Origin: Escherichia phage EO1
Length of the DNA stretch: 64,000 bases
Sequence record: OQ223305.1
Strand: one strand, 5' to 3'
Both the position numbers and the translations under genes were made by a program. This document shows positions 7,812-16,438 of the stretch, piece by piece (the first letter of the stretch is position 1; each line of letters opens with the position of its first letter). The notes under the pieces are model-generated. The model searched no databases and was not told the DNA's origin. It worked only from the letters and a program-made list of their open reading frames with translations.

Positions 7812-9625
7812 CAATTGAAAAAGAAATTGAAGGATTGATTCATAAAACTAATAAAGACCTTTTAAACGAGAATGCTAATAAAGATTCTCGTGTTTTTCCA
7901 ACTCAACGGGACCTTATGGCTGGTATTGTGTCTAAACACATTGCCAAAAATATGGTCCCGTCTTTTATTATGAAAGCGCATGAAAGCGGAATTATTCATT
8001 TCCACGATATTGATTATTCCCCTGCTCTTCCATTTACTAATTGTTGTTTAGTAGATTTAAAAGGAATGCTTGAGAACGGATTTAAGCTTGGTAATGCGCA
8101 GATTGAAACTCCTAAATCAATCGGTGTTGCTACTGCAATTATGGCACAAATTACTGCACAGGTTGCTTCCCATCAATATGGCGGAACGACTTTTGCGAAT
8201 GTAGATAAAGTACTTTCTCCTTATGTTAAACGCACCTATGCAAAACATATTGAAGATGCAGAAAAATGGCAAATCGCTGATGCGTTGAATTATGCTCAAT
8301 CTAAAACAGAAAAAGACGTATACGATGCATTCCAAGCTTATGAATATGAAGTAAATACTCTCTTTAGCTCAAACGGACAAACACCTTTTGTAACAATTAC
8401 ATTTGGTACAGGAACTGACTGGACTGAACGAATGATTCAGAAAGCAATTCTGAAAAATCGTATTAAAGGTCTTGGTCGTGATGGGATAACTCCTATTTTC
8501 CCTAAACTTGTTATGTTCGTTGAAGAAGGTGTTAATCTTTATAAAGACGACCCGAACTATGATATTAAGCAGCTTGCTTTAGAGTGCGCAAGCAAAAGAA
8601 TGTATCCTGACATCATTTCGGCTAAGAACAATAAAGCTATCACCGGCTCATCTATTCCTGTTTCTCCAATGGGTTGTCGTAGTTTCTTGAGCGTATGGAA
8701 AGATTCGACTGGCAATGAAATTCTTGATGGACGTAATAATCTCGGTGTTGTAACACTGAATCTTCCTCGTATCGCATTAGATTCTTATATTGGAACACAG
8801 TTCAATGAACAGAAATTTGTTGAATTATTCAATGAACGAATGGATTTATGTTTTGAAGCTTTGATGTGTAGAATTAGTTCCTTAAAAGGAGTTAAAGCGA
8901 CTGTTGCTCCTATTCTTTACCAAGAAGGTGCATTCGGGGTTCGTCTTAAACCTGATGACGATATAATTGAGTTATTTAAAAATGGCAGAAGTTCAGTGTC
9001 TCTAGGATACATTGGTATTCACGAATTAAATATTCTTGTCGGTCGTGATATTGGACAGGAAATTTTAACTAAAATGAATGCTCGTCTTAAACAGTGGACT
9101 GAAAGAACTGGGTTTGCTTTTAGCTTGTATTCTACTCCTGCTGAAAACCTTTGTTATCGCTTCTGTAAACTTGATACCGAAAAATATGGAAGTGTAAAGG
9201 ATGTTACCGATAAAGGTTGGTACACTAACAGTTTCCATGTTTCAGTAGAAGAAAATATTACTCCGTTTGAAAAGATTTCTCGCGAAGCACCATATCATTT
9301 CATTGCGACAGGTGGTCACATTTCTTATGTTGAACTTCCAGATATGAAAAATAACTTAAAAGGTCTTGAGGCTGTATGGGATTATGCTGCACAACATTTA
9401 GACTATTTTGGTGTTAATATGCCAGTAGATAAATGTTTTACATGTGGAAGTACCCATGAAATGACTCCTACTGAAAACGGATTTGTTTGTTCTATTTGTG
9501 GAGAAACTGATCCTAAAAAGATGAACACAATAAGAAGAACATGTGGTTATTTGGGAAATCCGAACGAACGCGGATTTAATCTCGGCAAAAATAAAGAAAT
9601 CATGCATAGGGTTAAACACCAATGA
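7808..9625 (+). CDS. nrdD: anaerobic ribonucleoside-triphosphate reductase NrdD (605 aa), uninterrupted
   Basis: 605 aa; C-terminal glycyl-radical region (RRTCGYLG) and Zn-ribbon cysteines (CFTCGS...CSICG); no intron or intron-encoded endonuclease ORF interrupts it. Confidence 0.9.
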   Translation: MTIEKEIEGLIHKTNKDLLNENANKDSRVFPTQRDLMAGIVSKHIAKNMVPSFIMKAHESGIIHFHDIDYSPALPFTNCCLVDLKGMLENGFKLGNAQIETPKSIGVATAIMAQITAQVASHQYGGTTFANVDKVLSPYVKRTYAKHIEDAEKWQIADALNYAQSKTEKDVYDAFQAYEYEVNTLFSSNGQTPFVTITFGTGTDWTERMIQKAILKNRIKGLGRDGITPIFPKLVMFVEEGVNLYKDDPNYDIKQLALECASKRMYPDIISAKNNKAITGSSIPVSPMGCRSFLSVWKDSTGNEILDGRNNLGVVTLNLPRIALDSYIGTQFNEQKFVELFNERMDLCFEALMCRISSLKGVKATVAPILYQEGAFGVRLKPDDDIIELFKNGRSSVSLGYIGIHELNILVGRDIGQEILTKMNARLKQWTERTGFAFSLYSTPAENLCYRFCKLDTEKYGSVKDVTDKGWYTNSFHVSVEENITPFEKISREAPYHFIATGGHISYVELPDMKNNLKGLEAVWDYAAQHLDYFGVNMPVDKCFTCGSTHEMTPTENGFVCSICGETDPKKMNTIRRTCGYLGNPNERGFNLGKNKEIMHRVKHQ

Positions 9626-10092
9626 ATTACGATAGATTTTATCCCTGTGATTTTGTGAATGGCCCTGGATGCAGGGTCGTTCTTTTCGTTACAGGTTGTT
9701 TGCATAAATGTGAAGGGTGTTATAATAAATCAACATGGAATGCTAGAAATGGTATTCCATTCACTGGAGAGACACTAGAGCAATTAATTGAATGTTTGAA
9801 TAATGATTATATAGAAGGATTAACTATAACTGGGGGTGACCCTCTTTATCCTGATAACAGAGACGTGATTCACTCTGTGGTTCAAACAGTAAAAAATCTT
9901 TATCCCAATAAAAGCATTTGGTTGTGGACAGGACATAAGTTTGAAGATATTAAACAACTAGAAATGCTTAAATATGTTGATGTTATTATTGATGGGAAGT
10001 ATGAAAAAAATCTTCCGACTAAAAAGCTGTGGCGAGGATCAGATAATCAGCGACTTTGGTCAAATACCGATGGGGTGTGGACACATGATTAA
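9622..10092 (+). CDS. nrdG: anaerobic RNR activating protein NrdG (radical SAM)
   Basis: 156 aa; cysteine cluster GCLHKCEGCYNK near the N-terminus; follows nrdD with overlapping stop/start. Confidence 0.85.
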   Translation: MNYDRFYPCDFVNGPGCRVVLFVTGCLHKCEGCYNKSTWNARNGIPFTGETLEQLIECLNNDYIEGLTITGGDPLYPDNRDVIHSVVQTVKNLYPNKSIWLWTGHKFEDIKQLEMLKYVDVIIDGKYEKNLPTKKLWRGSDNQRLWSNTDGVWTHD

Positions 10093-10207
10093 ATTGAATT
10101 ACATTATTGATACTATAAATGATATGATTTTTCATTTTGGTCCAGAATTTTATTCGCAATATAGTTTAGTGCTTATCAATGCTTGGTTAATCAATTAAGG
10201 GTAAAAT

Positions 10208-10423
10208 ATGTATAAATTTCGTAAAGGTTTAGCTGATTTTCTTACAACTGTAACATTCTTTCTGTTTATGGCAGTTGGAGCTATTTTCCTTATTCCTTTT
10301 ATTGTTGTATTTTTCGTTATTAGTTTAATTTCTCCAGAAAAGGGCTTATCTTCTAGTGAGTTCAATGAGCGTCTGGATAAAATTACTAACAAGCTGAATG
10401 CTGTTCTTGATAAAAAGGCTTAA
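10208..10423 (+). CDS. hypothetical small membrane protein (71 aa)
   Basis: Long hydrophobic stretch TVTFFLFMAVGAIFLIPFIVVFFVISLI; ATG follows AAGGGTAAAA. Confidence 0.45.
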   Translation: MYKFRKGLADFLTTVTFFLFMAVGAIFLIPFIVVFFVISLISPEKGLSSSEFNERLDKITNKLNAVLDKKA

Positions 10424-10425
10424 TT

Positions 10426-10737
10426 ATGATTAGTTTTGAGCGGTATGTAGTAGAGAGTTGGAATGGTTTTGATATGTTCGGTAATGACTATTATTTCTAT
10501 GAATGTAGTCTGAACCCAAGCTTCTGGGCTGGACGTGAACAAGACCTCGAAGAAATTAATGCTCGTGCCGATTTGTTAGGTGAATTGCCTACTACTTATT
10601 TCACCTTTGATGAATCCGGCTTCGTTATCCAGGTTTATTTTCCTGAAGAAAACTCTGGTGAGGATTCTGTTAACCCGCCATACTGGGCTTATCAAGGAAT
10701 TATTTCTCGTGGAACAAAACTCGAACTTAAAGAATAA
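10426..10737 (+). CDS. hypothetical protein (103 aa)
   Basis: ORF with T4-like codon usage; contains an NPPY tetrapeptide but is far too short for a methyltransferase. Confidence 0.45.
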   Translation: MISFERYVVESWNGFDMFGNDYYFYECSLNPSFWAGREQDLEEINARADLLGELPTTYFTFDESGFVIQVYFPEENSGEDSVNPPYWAYQGIISRGTKLELKE

Positions 10738-11032
10738 GATTGAAGTCTATGGAATTCCAGATGAAGTAGGTCGTTGTCCTGGATGTCAATCAGTTACAAA
10801 ACTTCTAAAGGAGCTCAATGCTCCTTTTACTTTCTATAAAGTTCTTACTAATAATGGTAAGATTGAGTACGATCGCCCATTGATTGTATCTCTTGCCAAA
10901 CGCGCCGGATTCACATCTCTTAATATTCGGTATCCTGTCATTTTCATTAATGATTCTAGACAAAAGAACATTAAACAATTCAAAGAAACTCTCATTTCAC
11001 TTGGATATGATAGAGATATCATAGAAGACTAA
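10709..11032 (+). CDS. nrdH: glutaredoxin/thioredoxin-like redoxin (NrdH position); start uncertain
   Basis: CPGC redox motif (IEVYGIPDEVGRCPGCQSV); no in-frame ATG nearby, GTG at 10709 preceded by AAGGA is proposed. The six-frame ORF start at 10580 overlaps the upstream ORF and is unlikely. Confidence 0.5.
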   Translation: MEQNSNLKNKIEVYGIPDEVGRCPGCQSVTKLLKELNAPFTFYKVLTNNGKIEYDRPLIVSLAKRAGFTSLNIRYPVIFINDSRQKNIKQFKETLISLGYDRDIIED

Positions 11033-11035
11033 GAC

Positions 11036-11059
11036 GGGCCCTCTGGGCCTTTCTTTCTT
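11036..11059 (+). terminator. rho-independent terminator candidate after nrdH
   Basis: GC hairpin GGGCCCTCTGGGCC followed by TTTCTTTCTT. Confidence 0.5.
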
Positions 11060-11130
11060 ACATTCTGTATATTACCATTCTAAGCTATCGTTCCCTTCTT
11101 ATCATTCCCTAAAATAATTTTCACAAAGTT

Positions 11131-11160
11131 GTTTACAACGAGCTCAAACTGTGGTATTAT
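11131..11160 (+). promoter_or_regulatory. early promoter (GTTTAC ... GTGGTATTAT)
   Basis: GTTTAC 11131-11136 and TATTAT 11155-11160 with 18-bp spacer; follows the nrdH terminator. Confidence 0.6.
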
Positions 11161-11190
11161 TAACACATGAATTGCCTTTGAGGAATTGAT

Positions 11191-11373
11191 ATGGTTGTGG
11201 TTGATAAAGAAATTAAAAAGGGACAGTATTATCTCATTAATGGTAATGTTGTTCGTGTTACTTACGTAAATGGTTATGATGTTTATTATCTTATACTTAA
11301 GTTATATAAACACATGATTTGTGACCGTGCTGTATTTAGTTCAGTTGCTAAGGAAATTAAACTCCATGGGTAA
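11191..11373 (+). CDS. hypothetical protein (60 aa)
   Basis: First ORF after the early promoter at 11131-11160; SD GAGGAA. Confidence 0.4.
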   Translation: MVVVDKEIKKGQYYLINGNVVRVTYVNGYDVYYLILKLYKHMICDRAVFSSVAKEIKLHG

Positions 11374-11659
11374 AACGTATCGTCGTAAAGACTTAAAAGT
11401 GCGTGATTATGACTATTTCGGAAAGCGTAAAGCTCCTGATGGGGTAAGTTATAAAGATATGGTTGAAAACATTTTTCGCTCAGATAAATGGCGTAGAATG
11501 AAAGGTATTGATTCAGAAGTTAAAGATGAGCTAAATCGCCAATTACGTGGTGAAGTAAGAAAGTTGAAAAAATCAGTTTACATTGACGATGATTTTGATT
11601 ATAATACTTCTCAACGAGTTGCTAAACGTAAATCAAACGAGTGTTATCGTTACAGCTGA
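11366..11659 (+). CDS. hypothetical basic protein (97 aa)
   Basis: Lys/Arg-rich ORF; ATG 11366 overlaps the upstream stop. Confidence 0.4.
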   Translation: MGKTYRRKDLKVRDYDYFGKRKAPDGVSYKDMVENIFRSDKWRRMKGIDSEVKDELNRQLRGEVRKLKKSVYIDDDFDYNTSQRVAKRKSNECYRYS

Positions 11660-11666
11660 GGAAATT

Positions 11667-11798
11667 ATGAATATCAAACGAATGCTTTTTAAGCAAGGGC
11701 TATATACTTTAAATGTTATTCCAAAAGGCGATACAACTAAGTGGTCAGTAAATGACTGGATTAAATTCATTGATGAAAACGGTAATTGGAAAATTTAA
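11667..11798 (+). CDS. hypothetical protein (43 aa)
   Basis: ATG 11667 after GAGGAAATT; short ORF. Confidence 0.3.
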   Translation: MNIKRMLFKQGLYTLNVIPKGDTTKWSVNDWIKFIDENGNWKI

Positions 11799-11999
11799 AT
11801 GAATCCTGAATCTAAATTATCGCAGCGAATTGCTGAAGCTCGTCGTCAGTTCTTTGAAAATATGATAGCACAAGGTATTGATGACGAAGTTTTTCTGAAC
11901 TGGTTTTGGAATCACAAATACTCAAAATGCTCAGGAGCAATATTAATATCAGCCGCAATGATGTACGAAGGCTGGAAGGGTGCCAAAAAGTTTAGCTAA
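11799..11999 (+). CDS. hypothetical protein (66 aa)
   Basis: ORF followed directly by the terminator at 12000-12017. Confidence 0.4.
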   Translation: MNPESKLSQRIAEARRQFFENMIAQGIDDEVFLNWFWNHKYSKCSGAILISAAMMYEGWKGAKKFS

Positions 12000-12017
12000 G
12001 GGCTTCGGCCCTTTTTT
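12000..12017 (+). terminator. rho-independent terminator (GGGCTTCGGCCC + T6)
   Basis: UUCG-tetraloop hairpin 12000-12011 followed by TTTTTT. Confidence 0.8.
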
Positions 12018-12052
12018 GGATAATAAAATTTTAATGCAATTGAGGATAATGT

Positions 12053-12379
12053 ATGACTATTCAAATTAAAAACGCCATCAATTCTTACGCATATGATAAA
12101 GTAGTTTCTTTGTTAGAAAAAGGCGATATTGTAACTCCTCAAATTTTAGATAAATGGGAAAAAGAGCTTCATCAGATGATGAAACAGAATGATCAGAAGA
12201 TTGGACGCAATACTGTCCGTGAATTGTTGGTTCAATATATCTTGTCAGAATTTGATGTTAAAGCTTTTGGCGTAGAATCTAAAGCTTATCAAAAGCATGA
12301 AATTTCCGATAAAACTATTCGTCGCATGAAAAATCAACGCAAGAAAAAATTTGCAGACCTGAAAATTACTAAGGTATAA
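12053..12379 (+). CDS. hypothetical protein (108 aa)
   Basis: ORF with SD GAGGATAA upstream. Confidence 0.45.
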   Translation: MTIQIKNAINSYAYDKVVSLLEKGDIVTPQILDKWEKELHQMMKQNDQKIGRNTVRELLVQYILSEFDVKAFGVESKAYQKHEISDKTIRRMKNQRKKKFADLKITKV

Positions 12380-12381
12380 TT

Positions 12382-12597
12382 ATGAACGAAGCTCTTATTA
12401 ACGATTTACGTCTTGCTGGATATGAAGTAAATACAAATGGCATTGGTTTAACTCAAATTGAAGGAAACGGATTCATCCTTGAGTATGAATTTAGCCAATG
12501 GTGGTTATATGCCAATTATGGCGAATTGATTGAATATGTTGACCAATTTGATTCACTAGATGCAGCTCTTGGAGCGGCTAAGCTGATGAATGTATGA
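12382..12597 (+). CDS. hypothetical protein (71 aa)
   Basis: Tightly packed ORF, acidic. Confidence 0.4.
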   Translation: MNEALINDLRLAGYEVNTNGIGLTQIEGNGFILEYEFSQWWLYANYGELIEYVDQFDSLDAALGAAKLMNV

Positions 12598-12863
12598 AAT
12601 TTATTAATATTTCTATTACTATTGAAAATTATGGCATTTTCTATGTTGACCAATACATGAAAATTTCATTTTTCCCAAATAAGACTGGTGTTGGATATTG
12701 GGAAAGTCATGTTTCTGAATTAAATGAAAGTGAATATGTTAGCACACATGAAAAGTTTTTAGACTTTTTATATCATGCTGATTTAACTAGTCATTACATA
12801 GATATTCATGAATTTAAAAAGATGATGGAGAAAGTGTTCCAAGCATACTGCTTACTTAGATAA
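12594..12863 (+). CDS. hypothetical protein (89 aa)
   Basis: ORF overlapping the upstream stop (ATGA). Confidence 0.4.
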   Translation: MKFINISITIENYGIFYVDQYMKISFFPNKTGVGYWESHVSELNESEYVSTHEKFLDFLYHADLTSHYIDIHEFKKMMEKVFQAYCLLR

Positions 12864-12876
12864 CTGATATCCTCTA

Positions 12877-12904
12877 TGCTTTAAGATAGATCTTCAAATA
12901 TTAT
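12877..12904 (+). promoter_or_regulatory. middle (MotA-dependent) promoter candidate for gene 55
   Basis: MotA-box-like TGCTTTA at 12877-12883 with TATTAT at 12899-12904. Confidence 0.45.
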
Positions 12905-12941
12905 GATATAATAGATCTATGAATTGAGCTAAGAGGTGAAA

Positions 12942-13499
12942 ATGTCAGAAACTAAGCCTAAATATAATTACGTAAACAATAAAGAGCTTTTACAAGCTAT
13001 TATTGATTGGAAAACAGAATTAGCAAATAATAAAGACCCAAATAAAGTAGTTCGTCAGAATGATACTATCGGATTAGCCATTATGCTTATTGCAGAAGGC
13101 TTATCTAAACGTTTCAACTTTTCAGGATACACCCAGTCTTGGAAACAAGAAATGATTGCAGATGGTATAGAAGCTTCTATTAAGGGGCTTCATAATTTTG
13201 ATGAAACGAAATATAAAAACCCACATGCATATATAACTCAAGCTTGTTTTAATGCATTCGTCCAACGTATTAAAAAAGAACGTAAGGAAGTTGCAAAGAA
13301 ATATAGTTACTTCGTTCACAATGTCTATGACAGCCGTGACGACGATATGGTTGCGTTAGTAGATGAAACTTTTATTCAAGACATCTATGATAAAATGACG
13401 CATTACGAAGAATCAACCTATAGAACACCGGGGGCTGAAAAGAAAAGTGTTGTAGACGATTCTCCTAGTTTGGATTTTTTATATGAGGCTAACGATTAA
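12942..13499 (+). CDS. 55: late-transcription sigma factor gp55 (185 aa)
   Basis: [24 protein letters not shown] and 185-aa length match T4 gp55 as recalled; ATG 12942 follows GAGGTGAAA (the six-frame start at 12936 is a GTG). Confidence 0.85.
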
Positions 13500-13701
13500 C
13501 CTCTCCGGATTCTTGGAAGAAATACCTGAAGTTGAAGCTATTCCCTATTTACTTAAAATGTATCTCAGGGAAGTTTTAGCTCTTGACATTGATATTGATC
13601 CAGAAAATCCGTATGATACCGCTTTTAAATCTAATGGTGTAGAATTAAACTATCGGTATCATTTAACAGATGATGATTTTTATTTTATATTAGAGAAATA
13701 A
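13483..13701 (+). CDS. hypothetical protein (72 aa); start uncertain
   Basis: ORF overlapping the end of gene 55; no clear SD. Confidence 0.3.
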
Positions 13702-13702
13702 T

Positions 13703-14020
13703 ATGACTGATAAACCCGAAATTAATGATGAAGTGGAAAAGCTTATTTCTTCTATTGAAGAAAAGAACCGTCTTGAAGCAGAAAGAAAAGCAAATAAGTT
13801 ATTGTCTAAAAACAAACGCGAACTGAATCGTCTTTATAAGCACGCTCAGATTGCAGCTGAAAATAATAATTTTGCTCAATACGAATATGCTATCAAGAAA
13901 AGTCGGGATATTCTAAAACAGCCATATAACGATGAACTCATCAGTATTCTTTGGAAGACTACTAGATCGCAGATTGAGGATATGATTGATGCTTACACAC
14001 GTAAAATTCAAGCGTCTTAA
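13703..14020 (+). CDS. hypothetical protein, charged/helical (105 aa)
   Basis: ORF with Lys/Glu-rich helical composition. Confidence 0.4.
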   Translation: MTDKPEINDEVEKLISSIEEKNRLEAERKANKLLSKNKRELNRLYKHAQIAAENNNFAQYEYAIKKSRDILKQPYNDELISILWKTTRSQIEDMIDAYTRKIQAS

Positions 14021-14192
14021 AATTAATGCAGGATTTACTGAATCTTTGAATGGTCATCTTTGTGTGAAAATTTCTGAAAAAGAATACCATGATAGTTCAA
14101 TTAAAGAAGTTAATCCTCCTATTGTAAGAGCAGACCCTAATATGAAAGTGTGGGTTGATTCTTATCAAGTCAAAAAATGGTGGCAGTTATGA
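13989..14192 (+). CDS. hypothetical protein (67 aa); start uncertain
   Basis: ORF overlapping the previous ORF end; ATG at 13989 chosen over the six-frame TTG at 13986. Confidence 0.3.
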   Translation: MLTHVKFKRLKINAGFTESLNGHLCVKISEKEYHDSSIKEVNPPIVRADPNMKVWVDSYQVKKWWQL

Positions 14193-14252
14193 AAGATGAA
14201 CACCCAGACTTCTGAAATAGATTATAATAAAGTTCGTTCCTTTAAAGAGGAA

Positions 14253-14282
14253 ATCATGAGACTCTTTAAAGAGTCTCATGAT
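14253..14282. repeat. 30-bp perfect palindrome
   Basis: ATCATGAGACTCTTTAAAGAGTCTCATGAT equals its own reverse complement; lies in the gene 55 / alpha-gt intergenic region. Confidence 0.85.
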
Positions 14283-14368
14283 AAAGCTAAAGCAGAAGGA
14301 ACTATAACATATAAGCGCATAAAATTTAAAAGTTCTAACGAGCCTCTGTATGGCGTATTATGTGGATA

Positions 14369-14390
14369 GGAGCTTCGGCTCCTATATTGC
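14369..14390 (+). terminator. terminator-like hairpin (GGAGCTTCGGCTCC)
   Basis: UUCG-tetraloop hairpin 14369-14382 followed by a weak U-tract. Confidence 0.45.
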
Positions 14391-14435
14391 TTTATAAATT
14401 TTTGGTAAAATAAACCAAAACAAAGAGGATATTAA

Positions 14436-15638
14436 ATGAAAGTATGTATTTTTATGGCTCGAGGTCTTGAAGGTTGTGGTGTAACAAAATTCTCACTCGA
14501 GCAACGTGATTGGTTTATTAAAAATGGTCATAAAGTGACTTTGGTTTATGCTAAAGATAAATCATTTACTCGTAACTGTGCACATGATTATAAATCATTT
14601 TCAATTCCGGTTTTATTGGCAAAAGAATACGATAAAACACTTAAGCTGGTAAATGATTGTGATATTCTAATTATCAATTCAGTTCCTGCTACTTCAGTTG
14701 AAGAAGACACTATTAATAACTATAAAAAAATTATTGATAACATTAAACCTTCTGTTCGTGTTGTAGTTTATCAACATGACCATTCTTCTCTTTCTTTGCG
14801 CCGAAATTTGGGATTAGAAGAAACTGTTCGTCGAGCTGATGTTATTTTTAGCCATTCTGATAATGGTGATTTTAATAAAGTTCTGATGAAAGAGTGGTAT
14901 CCAGAAACTGTTTCTCTGTTTGATGATATTGAAGAAGCACCGACCGTATATAACTTTCAGCCTCCTATGGATATTGCGAAGGTTCGGTCAACTTACTGGA
15001 AAGATGTTTCTGAAATTAACATGAATATCAACCGTTGGATTGGTCGTACGACTACATGGAAAGGTTTTTATCAGATGTTTGATTTTCACGAAAAACATCT
15101 TAAACCTGCAGGACTAAGTACTATTATGGAAGGTCTGGAACGTTCTCCAGCATTCATTCCTATTAAAGAAAAAGGAATTCCATATGAGTATTATCGTCTT
15201 CATCAAGTAGACCAAATTAAAATTGCTCCTAATTTGCCAACGCAAATTCTCGACCGTTATGTAAATAGCGAAATGCTTGAGCGCATGAGTAAATCCGGAT
15301 TTGGTTATCAGCTGAGTAAATTAGATAAAAAATATCTACAGCGTTCTTTAGAATACACTCATCTCGAGCTTGGTGCATGCGGAACAATTCCAGTATTTTG
15401 GAAATCTACTGGCGAAAATTTAAAATTCCGTGTTGATAATACTCCTTTGACCTCGCATGATAGCGGTATCATTTGGTTTGATGAAAATGATATGGAATCA
15501 ACATTTGAACGTATTAAAGAACTGTCATCTGACCGAGCTCTTTATGACCGTGAACGTGAAAAAGCTTATGAATTTTTGTATCAGCATCAAGATTCAAGCT
15601 TCTGCTTTAAAGAACAGTTTGACATTATTACAAAATAA
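14436..15638 (+). CDS. a-gt: DNA alpha-glucosyltransferase (hmC glucosylation), 400 aa
   Basis: 400 aa; sequence closely resembles T4 alpha-gt as recalled (…CIFMARGLEGCGVTKFSLEQRDWFIKNGH…); flanked by terminators. Confidence 0.8.
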   Translation: MKVCIFMARGLEGCGVTKFSLEQRDWFIKNGHKVTLVYAKDKSFTRNCAHDYKSFSIPVLLAKEYDKTLKLVNDCDILIINSVPATSVEEDTINNYKKIIDNIKPSVRVVVYQHDHSSLSLRRNLGLEETVRRADVIFSHSDNGDFNKVLMKEWYPETVSLFDDIEEAPTVYNFQPPMDIAKVRSTYWKDVSEINMNINRWIGRTTTWKGFYQMFDFHEKHLKPAGLSTIMEGLERSPAFIPIKEKGIPYEYYRLHQVDQIKIAPNLPTQILDRYVNSEMLERMSKSGFGYQLSKLDKKYLQRSLEYTHLELGACGTIPVFWKSTGENLKFRVDNTPLTSHDSGIIWFDENDMESTFERIKELSSDRALYDREREKAYEFLYQHQDSSFCFKEQFDIITK

Positions 15639-15639
15639 A

Positions 15640-15656
15640 GGGCTTCGGCCCTTTAG
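15640..15656 (+). terminator. rho-independent terminator after alpha-gt
   Basis: GGGCTTCGGCCC 15640-15651 followed by TTT. Confidence 0.7.
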
Positions 15657-15677
15657 CTTTATACGGAGTTTGATATA

Positions 15678-15818
15678 ATGATATTTCTTGGATATGTGAT
15701 ACTTTTTCTTGCATTTTATCTATTCACTAGAGCATGTTGGATTGGGTTCTTTAGCACACCAGATGGATTTATTTCAATAATTTTATTTTGCATTTCAATG
15801 ACGGTTCTTGATATATGA
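15678..15818 (+). CDS. hypothetical small membrane peptide (46 aa)
   Basis: ATG 15678 is 9 nt after ACGGAG; hydrophobic; stop overlaps the homing endonuclease start. Confidence 0.3.
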   Translation: MIFLGYVILFLAFYLFTRACWIGFFSTPDGFISIILFCISMTVLDI

Positions 15819-16438
15819 AAAAATATATAACTTATTTAACAATATATAGTGGAGATAAACTTCCTCCTTTTTATATTGGATCTACGTCTTTAGATAGGCA
15901 TTTAGCTGGATATCATGGTTCAGTTTTATCTAAAAAGTATAAGAAAATTTATAATAAAGAGCTTTCAGATAATCCTCACTTATTTGATTCATGCATTTTA
16001 GCTGAATTTGATACGCGTGAAGAAGCTATTAAATGCGAGTTATATTATCAACGATTGCATGATGCAGTTAAAAATCCATTATTCTTTAATATGTCATATG
16101 CTGCTCCAGAAGGTTCATTTGGAAGAGATAATAAAGGACAAAATCATCCATTATATGGTTCTCATAATTGTAAAGGAAATATACATTCACATGATCCATT
16201 AACAGGAAAATCTGCCTTTTTGCCTTATATTCCAGAAGGTTATGTAAAAGGAAGGTCAAATAAATTTAAAGCTTCATCACATAATAAAGGTAAAAAATGG
16301 TATAATAACGGAGTTAAGCAAATGTTATGTCATGAACCTCCTGGTCCTGAATGGACAAAAGGAAAAATTAAAGAACTGGTTTCAAAAGCAGCTAAATTAG
16401 GATGGAAAAGACACCATGAAAATACTAAACTTGGGTGA
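15815..16438 (+). CDS. freestanding GIY-YIG homing endonuclease (Seg-like)
   Basis: N-terminal YITYLTIYSG...FYIGSTS (GIY-YIG), conserved R/E/N positions, C-terminal NHPLYG motif; very AT-rich; 3' end overlaps the gene 47 start. Confidence 0.7.
   Translation: MKKYITYLTIYSGDKLPPFYIGSTSLDRHLAGYHGSVLSKKYKKIYNKELSDNPHLFDSCILAEFDTREEAIKCELYYQRLHDAVKNPLFFNMSYAAPEGSFGRDNKGQNHPLYGSHNCKGNIHSHDPLTGKSAFLPYIPEGYVKGRSNKFKASSHNKGKKWYNNGVKQMLCHEPPGPEWTKGKIKELVSKAAKLGWKRHHENTKLG

Noticed and set aside
10580-10708. Long N-terminal extension of the NrdH-like redoxin (six-frame ORF start 10580)
   Set aside because: It overlaps the better-supported ORF 10426-10737 in another frame and is hydrophobic junk-like; a GTG start at 10709 is more plausible but unproven.
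10426-10737. NPPY tetrapeptide suggesting an N6-adenine methyltransferase
   Set aside because: The ORF is 103 aa with no FxGxG AdoMet motif, too short for a methyltransferase. No Dam-sized DPPY-containing ORF was found in the 61-56-soc interval, but my memory of where dam lies in T4 is not firm enough to call its absence a finding.
14393-14400. TATAAATT near-late-promoter upstream of alpha-gt
   Set aside because: One mismatch to TATAAATA and alpha-gt is an early/middle gene; likely just AT-rich sequence.
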